This document shows, one piece after another, positions 24,901-36,200 of a stretch of 64,000 nucleotides of DNA. The position numbers were made by a program, and so were the translations under genes. Position 1 is the stretch's first letter; every line of letters begins with the position of its first letter. The DNA is taken from positions 86,304,001 through 86,368,000 of the forward strand of contig CM126213.1 of the NCBI GenBank assembly GCA_052327205.1, written 5' to 3'. The notes under the pieces are model-generated. The model ran no database searches, was not told the DNA's origin, and was given only the letters and a program-made list of their open reading frames with translations. Source of the stretch: Somniosus microcephalus. Lineage: Eukaryota.

Positions 24901-25199
24901 ATTGTTCGACAAAGTAAATGTTATTTCGGTCCTATTAGGACTGACTGGAGATAGGACCGTCGTAGTTTAATTGCAATCTGGAATTTTAAATGTATAAAGT
25001 AATTGTTGAGCTAGTGTCTCATTTTGCCTTTAAATACAACTTTCGTCCTTTTGCCTGTTGGTCTTCAGTGCATTGTTGAGAATTACAACGGACCTATTTT
25101 AACAAGCATTCTCACAATGTACTCTAGTAACTGAATTGTTAAAATGGAAAGTTTCTAGCATTCGTTTTGAAACATTTTTGGGGTCAAGAACCAAACCAC

Positions 25200-25683
25200 G
25201 TTACCATCCGGCACTACTGCGTGTGTGAAATTGCGTGGTGGATTCGAGCAAATCAAGTACACGATGATTCGCGTGAAACGAGAAGCGAGGGGGCGAGAGT
25301 GAGACTAGGATGCTTGCGTTAATACCTAAATGGATTAGGCCTGTAAGTGCCCCGGAGCTTTAAGACTCTGCAGTTTTAAGATTTTTATTGACCAGAGCAC
25401 ACATGCTGGAGCGTTAAGGAAAGGAGGGGGAGGGGAGGAGAAGAGAGAGGAATGTGCGCGTGCGCAGCAGCCGTGTTGCGGCTGCAGAGCGGCGGCTGAC
25501 GTCACGTGGTGCTCGGAGGAGCTCGGTGGCGCGGCCGAGAGGAGAAGAGAAAGCGAAGAGAAGAGGAAAGGGAAGGAAAGTGAGCCCGGGCCCGGCCACA
25601 GCACCACAAGGAAGGGCCTACACATCACCCAGCCCCCGCGGACACACCGACAACAGACGCTGAATTTCAACACCTTCCGCATC
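25200..25683 (+). promoter_or_regulatory. IRF2BPL CpG-island promoter / 5' UTR
   Basis: NRF1-type palindrome TGCGCGTGCGCA at 25455-25466; overlapping CRE/E-box TGACGTCACGTG at 25497-25508; purine-rich leader directly upstream of the ATG. Confidence 0.75.
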
Positions 25684-27669
25684 ATGTCCGCTGCACAGGT
25701 GTCTTCGTCCCGGAGACAGTCGTGTTACCTCTGCGACCTGCCCCGCATGCCGTGGGCCATGATCTGGGATTTTACCGAGCCCGTTTGCCGGGGCTGCGTC
25801 AACTACGAAGGGGCCGATCGTATCGAGTTTGTGATCGAGACGGCGCGGCAGCTTAAGAGGGCTCACGGCTTCCAGGAGGGCCGCTCCCCAGGGCCGCCGC
25901 CTGTCAAAGTTCAGTCCTTGGGCGCCAGCAAAGAGGCGGCTCAACAGCTCAACCACGTCGACGGCTCGTCCAAGGCGCCACAGCCGCCTCTCGATCGCTA
26001 TTCCCTGAGCGCCGAGAGACCGCGCTTCGAGTACCCGGGCCTCGCCCACGCTGGCAGGCTTCCCAATGGCTTGAGCGGACCCAACGGATTCCCCAAACCC
26101 GAGGACATACCGCCGGAGCTGAATCGGCAGAGTCCCAATTCATCGCGGAGAAATCACGGCATCGTGCCTCCGGGCCCAGTCACCGTGCCGCCCAACCTGC
26201 TGCCTCAGACCACCTTAAACGGCCCGTCGGCGGGAGCCCTGGCCCCGCACGGTCTGCTCGGCCGGCCGTCTCCATCCACCAGCCTGGCGGGCACCTCGCT
26301 GACCACCAGCAGCCAGGTTCTGAACGATGTAAACAAGCGGCCGGGCTCGGTATCCAGCAGCGACCAGGAGAGGGAACTGAAGGAGAAGCAGCGCAACGCC
26401 GAGACCCTGGCCGAGCTGGGCGAGAGCCTGAGGAACCGCTCCGAGGACTGGGCGAACAAGCCCAAGATCGTGCGGGAGACGCTGCTCACCCTGTCCAACT
26501 GCAACCCCTTCGACGTGCGCTTCAAGAAGGACCACTCGTTACTAGGCCGAGTGTTCGCCTTCGACGCCGTCTCCAAGCCCGGGATGGACTACGAGCTTAA
26601 GATCTTCATCGAGTACCCGAGCGGCTCGGCCAATGTCTTCTCCAGCGCCTCGGGGGTGGCCAAGCAGATGTACCAGGACTGCATGAAGGATTTCGGCAGA
26701 GGCCTGTCGTCCGGCTTCAAGTACTTAGAGTACGAGAAGAAGCACGGCTCGGGAGACTGGCGCCTGCTGGGCGACCTGCTGCCCGAGTCGGTGCGTTTTT
26801 TCAAGGAGGTGGTGGGGGCCGACATGCTGCCGCAGCCCCACATCGACGCCAGTTGTCCCATCTTGCCCACCGCCCTGTGCAACCTGCCCCGTCCCCCGCC
26901 CAGCAGCTCGAGGACTGGGATCCGCAAGCGGAAAGCTTCGCCCGAGCCCGACTCGGAAGCGGGCAGCGTAAAGCTGGAGGAGCGGCAGCAGCAGTGGTTG
27001 TCAAACCAGAACGAAGCCTTAAAGCTCACCATGGCGGCATCCGGCGCCTTTGGAGCAGGCGGCGTGGCGCACGGGGGTCCCCCCCTGCCACCCAACCGGA
27101 CCACCCCTCCCGAATGCAGCGCCCAGAATGGACAGTCCCCCATGGCCGCCCTCATGTCCGTGGCTGACACCCTTGGAAATGCCCACTCGCCAAAGGACAG
27201 CAGCAATTCCGTACACTCGACCACTACGACCAGCGCCAGGAGGAACAGCAACAGTCCGGTGTCCCCGGCGTCAGGGGGCAGCCAGCGCCGCATGGTGTCC
27301 AGGAATGGGGATGTTGCTCTGTCCGTGGCCCCTCCTAACAGCCATCCCAACCCCAGCATAGATCCCGTTCACCCTCCAAACATTCCAGACTCACCGATGG
27401 CCAACAACGGGCCCCTGTGCTGCACCATTTGTCATGAACGTTTGGAGGACACTCACTTTGTGCAATGCCCGTCAGTGCCCAATCATAAATTCTGTTTCCC
27501 ATGCTCTCGGGAGAGCATCAAGGCTCAGGGGGCGAATGGAGAAGTTTATTGCCCCAGTGGAGAAAAATGCCCTTTAGTAGGTTCAAATGTCCCTTGGGCA
27601 TTCATGCAAGGAGAGATTGCTACAATCTTAGCAGGGGACGTTAAGGTCAAAAAAGAAAGAGACCCGTAA
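25684..27669 (+). CDS. IRF2BPL: Interferon regulatory factor 2-binding protein-like (EAP1), 661 aa, intronless; transcriptional co-regulator / E3 ligase
   Basis: N-terminus [45 protein letters not shown] (IRF2BP zinc finger); central FKKDH..GRVFAFD domain; RKRK NLS; C-terminal [35 protein letters not shown] ending VKVKKERDP. Confidence 0.97.
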   Translation: MSAAQVSSSRRQSCYLCDLPRMPWAMIWDFTEPVCRGCVNYEGADRIEFVIETARQLKRAHGFQEGRSPGPPPVKVQSLGASKEAAQQLNHVDGSSKAPQPPLDRYSLSAERPRFEYPGLAHAGRLPNGLSGPNGFPKPEDIPPELNRQSPNSSRRNHGIVPPGPVTVPPNLLPQTTLNGPSAGALAPHGLLGRPSPSTSLAGTSLTTSSQVLNDVNKRPGSVSSSDQERELKEKQRNAETLAELGESLRNRSEDWANKPKIVRETLLTLSNCNPFDVRFKKDHSLLGRVFAFDAVSKPGMDYELKIFIEYPSGSANVFSSASGVAKQMYQDCMKDFGRGLSSGFKYLEYEKKHGSGDWRLLGDLLPESVRFFKEVVGADMLPQPHIDASCPILPTALCNLPRPPPSSSRTGIRKRKASPEPDSEAGSVKLEERQQQWLSNQNEALKLTMAASGAFGAGGVAHGGPPLPPNRTTPPECSAQNGQSPMAALMSVADTLGNAHSPKDSSNSVHSTTTTSARRNSNSPVSPASGGSQRRMVSRNGDVALSVAPPNSHPNPSIDPVHPPNIPDSPMANNGPLCCTICHERLEDTHFVQCPSVPNHKFCFPCSRESIKAQGANGEVYCPSGEKCPLVGSNVPWAFMQGEIATILAGDVKVKKERDP

Positions 27670-28570
27670 TTTTTTAACTTCAGTAATTGAAGTAAAATGT
27701 GAATAAGAACTAAAAAGTTAGTCTTATGTATAGACATTTTTCATTTTCGTCGTATGTTTCTATATTTTGAAACAAGGTATGTACTCTTCTTCATTTGAAG
27801 GATGAACCTGGTTTTGTTTAAAGAATATCAGATATTACTGCTTAATACTGTTTTCACTTATTGATGGCAGTGTGTTGGCTAGGTACAGAATCATAGCACT
27901 TAGCAATTAACGCTGCTGGTGTGTTTTTGTAAATGTATGCACTTCGCTGAATTGCCAAGGCCAGTGTTGACGCCTGCAGAAATGCAAACAAATTGTTACA
28001 AAGAATGGTTACAGTTAGTTATGTTACAAGCCCTGGGGATAGTCTCCTACAAAGTGACTTTTTTTTAAAGGTGAGGGGTTCTTTTTAATAGTTTCCAAGG
28101 GCAAAATCTTTCATTTTATGATTCAGTGATCTGAATTTTTTATAACGTGTTTTTTTTTTGCTTTATGGATGCACGAATGCTTTAAATAGTAGAGCAAAAT
28201 GCTGTACTGTATATGACAAAACTGCTCTGTTTGTTCTTTATACATTTCTGTAGTAACAGAAGACTGTAATGTGCCTTGGAGCTGAATAAATTGTAATAAA
28301 TTCAATGAATAAGCTCCCTGACTAGTCAATTTCTTTACAGACTGTAAGAAATGTGAACAAATTGGATGTGGATACCTGTGAGAGAAAATGGTTGCTTTTA
28401 TTGCTTTAAAAATTACATTTCTACAATCTCTGTCAGAGATGTCATTCTTGTAATTAAATAAATGCTATCATTGCAATATTTACTTGTCTTGGCAAAGAGC
28501 CCACATATTTATAAATCACCTGAATGTTTGTTTATCTTTAAAAATAAACTGCTGATTCAGGTCTTTCCAT
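27670..28570 (+). promoter_or_regulatory. IRF2BPL 3' UTR with clustered poly(A) signals
   Basis: AU-rich; AATAAA at 28285, 28295, 28457 and 28543. The true 3' end cannot be fixed from sequence. Confidence 0.6.
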
Positions 28571-31500
28571 TCACTTTTTTACTGGACTAAAACCTGATGA
28601 GTTCCAGGTTGTACTTTATTTCACTGAAACAAAATCTGAAATAATTGTTCTGAGATTAAAGGCACTTTAAAGTGATTGAATGTTACTGTGTGAAATCAAT
28701 GCCAGTTAACTGTAGTGGTCCAGGTAATTGTAACAAGTTTGAACACAGATGGTAGACCAAAAAAAACAGCTGTTTCACTTTGAGCTGATAAAGTAGGGGC
28801 TGTGGTGCTGGTACAGGGAACTGTATCTTGCATTCTATGCAGCATATTCCTAATCTGAATTAAATGCTTTTTAAATTTACCTCTTCAAATCATATGCACT
28901 TTAAATCAAGCAGTTCAATATTTATTGTAAATGTTCAAAAAATATTTTCTTCAGATATAAAATGAATGCTATTTGCTTGCCTTGTGGGAGTTTCCTTATT
29001 TTACACATTTGCAATGTTTACATTCCTGGTAGTTTGTCCTAATGTATAATTACAAGTTATGGTTCCACAATATACCTATTAAACAAAATGCAGTGGAGTA
29101 CTGCAACTGGACTGCTACAGTTAATGTTTTTTCTTAGTTTGCACAGTTGAGTTTCTATATCTGAAAAATGCACTTTCCCTGAACATTAAAATATTTGAAG
29201 TACTCTTCTCACTTTTGAAACGTTAATTGCGAAAATAAAAGAGGAACTTGGTGTGAACATTGACTTAATTAACTGGAGATATAGTGTAATACTTTTATGT
29301 TTGGCATATTTGTTTTAAATCATAACCTTTTGCATCTTTAGAACATATTCCAAAGTTAACAGTCAAATGTATCACTTTTTTAATTGAAGGAGTAGGGAAT
29401 TGTGATGAGCTGAAATGTACTGTTGCATATTTTTAATCAAACCCACTGTAAATGTTCCATCCATAGATTTATCAGACCCCTGTACTGTAACCTGGCAATT
29501 TCACATTGATATTAATAGTTCATAACTTTTCTATTGCTGCTAAGCTACATGTATTCTGTAAAGTGATTAACAGCACAAAATTAAGTTCCTTAATGTGGTA
29601 GCTGATACTATTTTCAAAGAATAACTGAACCGTATTTGATCTTTAATCGAGGGCTTGTGCATTCAAGATTTGTATCTCCAGACCTGTTTGTTTTTACAGC
29701 TGTTCTTCATCTGTAGATTTTGATTCTGAAGGTACAAAGTTGGGAGTTATTTTTATATTTTAATTACAAGGATTTTTAATAGTTATTGTTGATGTTTGAT
29801 AAGACATTTTGTTTATAGCCTTGATCTTGTCCTCTGTGCCAAATTACATGTTCTCACAACATGGTCTAGGTAATAAGTCCAGTAAGATTTTAAACAACCA
29901 TATAACCTAAATAATTTCCCAACCAATGACCATATTTAAGTGAGTTTTTCACATTTCCTAAGCATAATTGTATATAGGGGAAGAACCAGAGAGTGTTGCC
30001 TGTCCATTTTATCCACCACCAACACTAAAGCTGATTTTCATTTTTATATACACTAGCTCATTTGAAATGGATCTTTCCATCTTTTTAACGTTCTGGCTCT
30101 GCACCTGTTTGAAAATATTCTTGATAAATACTCTGATAGGTTTAAATAGAAATAAGGATCATGTTTAACCGGAAACTGGATAATTGTAGTTTTGGAATAA
30201 TTCTCTTAAATGTTGAAATGATGCACTAGTTTTGTGTTTTAATTTGAACAAAGACTACTTTTGTGCAGATGTATAAGCATGTTTATCCATTAACTGTTCT
30301 ATTACACATTTATCACTGTAAACAGAAATTCAGTAGTATTTTAAAGTTCAATGTACTTTGAATGATGAACCTAGTACTACAAAGAGCAAAACACACATTA
30401 CACACCACAAACTGAGCAGTGTTGCATCAAGAAACAAATACTGCAGAGGTAATAAAATCATTAATAGCTGTAGAATTTATATAAAAAGGGTGGCGGCTAA
30501 TAGTGAAATACCTAATACAGTACTGAATGAAAAAGTTGGCCCAACACTTGCGCAATGAAATTTGGATATTTAATAAAACGTACTGTGTTGGTATGTGAAA
30601 GTGTATTACTAAAGTCTTAAAGTTTTTTTTAATGTAAGCTGTGATGCAAAAACATTTAATATAAGCAATGATCAGAAAAGGCAATTGTTGGTGGGAGGAG
30701 GGAAGATCAGTACAGGGAGGGTGATGGTGCAGAGAGAGCTAGACAATATCAGAATATGTTTAAGTACCAAGTTGCAGAGACTAAAAAAAGGGTACTTATG
30801 ATGACATTTTATGAAGTGTTTCACACTGATGCAATGGAGAAGAGTACTTGTAGATCTGAAGAGTAGGTCTGGCCTGATGGTTTTGAGAGTAGAACATAAT
30901 GCATAAGATTTTTAGATGTTGCCGAGGATGGACTGGTTCCACCCACATTAAACGTTTAGCATTGTGAAATAGAGAAATTAATATTGATCCAAACTCCAGT
31001 TCTAAATCAATGGCAGGTGAACTTCAAAACTCAATCAAGTTCACAAATACAAGACTTGGATTCATTACAGCATATTATGGATCAGTTGATTAGAGAGAGA
31101 ACTAACTTCTCGAGAGAATTAACAAAAGGTGCTGTGATGAGGCCTAGTATATCTGTGGACTATAGAGAGGCTGCTGCATATATCTGCAGTTGCTTACTAG
31201 AACACCTGATGTTCCATGCTTGTATCATTTATTACTCCTTCACAGGGAATCCACATGTAACCCATACAATAACAATCTTCGGTATAACTTCCGCAGTCTT
31301 TTAGGAAGTTTTACTGTGCTTTTCAGACTTGTTTCATGCTGTTGCTTAAGAATTGCAAGAGGATTATCTATGTGTGTCCCTTGTGTGCTCTCTTTGTATA
31401 CCCAAATTAATTTAATTACTTCAACTTTACTGATATTTTATGGCATTACGTAAAGTGGCATCTCTTACTGTATTGACATCTAATGTAAGTAATTTTGCTA

Positions 31501-33004
31501 ACTGGAGTAAATGTGCTGGGGTTTTTATTTACAGTAGAAGCTTAGTTGGAAATGCCCATATAGAAAATAAATTACTTTTATCCAAACATCACTATTAAGC
31601 TAAAACCATCGAACATGTCCAAGAAAATGTTAAAATGTTCCATTTGAGATTTAAACAAATGTTCCTGTTGTCAAAGTTCTTTGTTTTTGGCTTTATTGGA
31701 ATTAACCCCATATGATGTGTTTGACGTGTTTAAAAATTTGCCTTGTCTAAGTAATAGTTGCTACTTAACTATTGCATGTCATGACCTGAAATTTTCTGCA
31801 GTCAAATAACTTTTAAATACGATCATTTAAATGTACTGCAAAAACCTATTTGGCCATATTTTGCATTGCTAAGTTACCATCTCCTTTATTCTGTAGTCAT
31901 TCTCATCTGTGTTCACTTTCCTACAGTAGGGCTCCTGATTTTTAAAGTAGCTCAACCTACAGCTATTTGTAACATAATTTAAATATTTGCACCATGCATG
32001 CCACTGGTGGAACTGTGGAACACGAGCAGTGTTATAAATCTGCTCAGAAAACAGATCTGAAAGGAGAAAGTACCTGCAGGGGCAGCCATGTAAAGTACTT
32101 GCCATTTTATATATATCATAGATTTGGGTGGCTTATGAACAATTTCCTGCAGAGAGAAATCTATGTGAAAGACTGCTTATAGCTCCAAGCAAACTAATAT
32201 TTTACAAGAGCATATGCAGTTGCTGATGTAATAGTGTCTTGTCAGGGGCAGTGTTTGCCAAGCAGAAGGGATATGGATGGTTGCATTTAGTGATCAGACC
32301 CAATGACTTCAACTGATTTGTTTTTATATGAAGTTGGTCAGTTCAGAGTTGTTGAGCAATATTTTGCCAATAGATTTCTCTTTACAACGTTGAGCTAATA
32401 AAATAAACAACCTGTTGAAAGTACTCTCCTAAAGGCACCTTTTCCTTTAATCCTGTTACTTCTGCTGATAAGTGTACATGATTATAAGTGTGAAGTCCTT
32501 GTATCTGTAATGTTCCTTTAAAAAAAAAAAAAAAATAATAAATATATCACAGAAATTGTGTTGTGGATTTTTTTTTTAGGCATACTGCTCAGCTAGCAAA
32601 CCATTGAGTGATGAGTGACTTCCCTCTGGGAATAGCACTGACTGTGCAACCTTAAATCTAAATGCTTAATAATTTAATTTGTTTAAAAGCCCTGCTGCTT
32701 TAATCCAAGGCCTTTGGTTAATCTTTGTAATGTTAATGGTTTGCTTCAGCCAAAATACTAAGGTGTTGGACATTGTGGTCTAATGCACAATTTCTACAAA
32801 TGAAATAATTTCAGTCACGGCGTGTTTGTGCATTTTAAACATGACTGAATTTTATTTTCACCGTCCGTACTTATTTATGTTTGATTTAATATCTTTTTTT
32901 GTTTTTTGGTACCTCTTTAGTGCAGATGGATATAGTCAGGAGCTTCTGTTTCTTTGTTTTAGGCTGTGAAGGGTGCCTGAAGGTAGTAGTCTGCTGATGA
33001 AAGT

Positions 33005-33222
33005 TCACTGCTGCAAAGAACTTTCCAGTGCCATTTTAGTGAACATTTTTCTACGTTGTCTCGTAATCAGCACGGCTACACTTTCTCCAGTTGGATCATA
33101 TTTCGCAGTAAAGTTTTGCATGACCACTTGCTTGTTTTTCCAAATACTTAGTAAAGCATCAGTAAAATCAGCTGGCTCGAGCATTTTGGTAGAGGCCTGC
33201 GTACAAGCCACTTCCCCACTTT
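33005..33222 (-). CDS. Candidate terminal exon or small ORF antisense to IRF2BPL (unidentified)
   Basis: Long AG-free pyrimidine tract then AG at 33224-33223; open frame to TGA at 33005; internal ATG at 33184 with A at -3; AATAAA on - at 32851-32856; retained CpGs. Confidence 0.3.
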
Positions 33223-36200
33223 CTTAACCGGGAATGACACACATGGAGTAAGGGGACCAAAAGAAAAGGGAAGAAAACATAATTAAAAATACAAATTGGA
33301 ATTATTTTATTATTTATATAATGAAGTTCTAATACAGTCTTGCAGAAGTAAAATAAATCCTGATGCAATGTTTGCCAAATTAATTGGGGAATACATGCTT
33401 GCCAAGTAACATAATTTGATCACAGGAATCTGTTGTCTGCCAGAAAACACTAGCTACAAAGATTAAAATTATGTTAAGGAATCACCATGTTTCTTTGCAT
33501 TATATAACATTTGCATTTTCAATGAAAGTGTTGCATCAAGGGGTCAAGTTGGTGTCAATAAACTGCTTGAGCCTTGTTTATAGTGTCATCATACCCTTTA
33601 CATGCTATTGCTTTGCAGACCTATATACTTTTTTAGAAAACATATTATTCCTATGTTCACTACAATGTTTTTTTAACTTTCATGATTCTTTCATTGAATG
33701 TTGTGATGCGGCAGTGTGACTGGATCCTGTTGCAATGGAGAAACCATATAATATATCCTAACATTTTTATATGATTCTGAAAGGCAATTTTTGAATAGAG
33801 TGTACTTTAGACAGGAGCCTTATTTTATTAAAAATCATAAATGCCAGTATTAACTTTACAAATGTTGTGCTGTTTTGTATAGATAGCCTACTTGTAACAT
33901 TGAATAGTTTCACCACTGGGGGACATTGTTGTTTCACCGTCATGTAATGCATTCTGGGAAAGATAACTAATTGAAGCCAGCTTGTGTCCTGTAGCTGTGC
34001 TATAAAACTTTCCAGAGACTTTTGGCTCGTAAACAAAACACATATTTACTACTTTATGAGCCAGAATTCTCTGGAAAGTTTTATAGCAATGCTACAGAAC
34101 ACAAGCAGGCTGGATTGAAATCAACCCAGAATGCACTGCACGAAGGAGGAGTAATGATCTCTTCCTGGTGGTGAGAAAAAGCAGCATGTTCGAAACGCTG
34201 CAACAGCTGGTTCAGATGACTTGGCAGAGATTTATGTTGGGGGTTAAAATATTGATGACTAACTTTTTTAAGAGTGCTCTTTAAAGGTTTGAATAAAAGC
34301 AGTACAGCCAAGTGAAAGTTGTATTTTAAACAGCGTATTAAATTGGGTTGTGACAGAAAATTTCAACTCTCCCGGTCTAATAACTGGGAAAAGTAACAAT
34401 TCAAGTGAAGTATAGGTTAAATCATGAGTGGGAATACTTTTCATATATGGTCTTTTATCCTATGCAGATGTCTATATCACATGCTGCCTTTTAAGTAATC
34501 CCTCATTTATTTGTAATAGTAACTATTGTGAGAGTGGAGGGTCCTTCAATATATTCCATTAGATACTAGATATTTTTCTGAAACTTAAAAAAAAAAAAAA
34601 AAATCTAGCTTTGTGAATCATTGACCAGTAAATATTAAACTTTAAATAAGAGGTTAAAGATGTCAGGATTTTTTTTACCTCCTTTGCTGCAATGTTATAG
34701 CTCAAAGCTCTCTGTTGGCTGCTTTGCATGTATATTGTATCCATTGAGCTATGGAATACAGAGTCCTATCATTATTACCAGAACTGCCCTATTTAATTTT
34801 ATCATATTGGGGGAAAAATATGTATAAAAGGATAAATGAGTCACAACTATAGCAATATAAACCAGTTCTGTGACATGGGTAAAATAAAAGGATAGAGGAG
34901 GGAAGTGGTTCATTGCTGGGACTGAGGGTTTAGTAGGAAAACATTTCAGTAGCCACCTTGTAATGCCTTTGAAAATATGGAAACTATTTCTGGCTATTAA
35001 CCCACAGCTGTGATATAAACGGGTATCTGTAAGGAGGGAAAGGGTACAATTTGTATGCTTGAATCAATCTTAAGCTCATATGTTAACTGTAGTAGATTCA
35101 TTCTCATAATTAAATTAAAAGTCAGACACTTCTGGAGAAAAATAATCTTGCACCCCAGAAGTGCACCTTTTTATGATCTACCATCACATTACAGAAGTTA
35201 CCAAACAAATCGTGGTTGTGCATTTTCTCATTTTTGTTTTACCTGCAGGGATGTATTTGTAAAAACTGCTATGCAGTGACAAAAAAAACTTTTGTATAGA
35301 ATAAATTTAAACACTTAGAAAATCTTTTGAAACCAAGTTTTCAAGAAGAGGAGTTGTAATAGATAAGTTAAAAGCAGCTGTGATACTTGTGAAACTAATG
35401 TCTACAAAATGTGCAGGCTAGACTTAAGGAAGAGCCAACAGAGCATATTATTTTTAGTCTGGCTAACACATTGAGTGTTCTCTGGATTTGAAAGCATTGC
35501 ATTTGTTTGTTTTTAAACAAATGTTTAGTTCAAAATCTGGAGCACAATAATGCTACTGAACATTGTTTAGGATGGAATTCAGCAATTTCTAATTTTGCAG
35601 GTTTTCAAAAAGAAAAGTTCATTTGTTTTATTTGAAAGGAAATAATTTTAAAACAAAAACATTTGAATTTAAAAATAGCATGTAAAGTAAGAATTTTCTG
35701 TCTGCTGATCTTTATCACAGCACTGCTGTCACATCATCATAAATTTGTTAATCACCAATAGTTGTCCTATACACTGCATTACATTTTGCTAAAGGAATTT
35801 AAAAAAACTTGGAAAAGAATTATTAGAAAGATTTTAGTTCTTGAATACTGAAAGCTTTTTATATCTTTCAAAATATGTAAATATTCTCTTGTTTCTGGCG
35901 TAAAGCAGAATTATGTGGCGCTGAGCATTTTTTATGAATAGCATTCTTTAACCTATTATAAACCTGTTTTCCAATTATCTATTGTGTGACTCACAGCTTG
36001 GGGATGGCTGAGTCTGGATAGATAAGGAAATAGACTTTAAAAAGGAGTCTTACTGCTCAGTTTATGTAGATTTTGCATGTCGTAGATCAGGAGTATTGTC
36101 TTTAATATCAAAAAAATAAAGGTTTAACTTGATAATGCCATTGTACAGAACTGGATATGCTCTGAAAAAGAATTGTCAAATGTAGAATACTATTACCAGG

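Noticed and set aside
25660-25683. In-frame CTG upstream of the IRF2BPL ATG (possible non-AUG extension)
   Set aside because: Adds only 8 residues; no evidence without conservation or Ribo-seq data.
25618-27359. Antisense ORFs of up to 256 aa over IRF2BPL
   Set aside because: Reverse-strand shadows of a high-GC3 CDS; no recognisable domains.
33060-33140. FTAKYDPT resembling the Ras/Rap effector loop (FVEKYDPT)
   Set aside because: No P-loop upstream and no DxxG motif downstream; likely coincidence.
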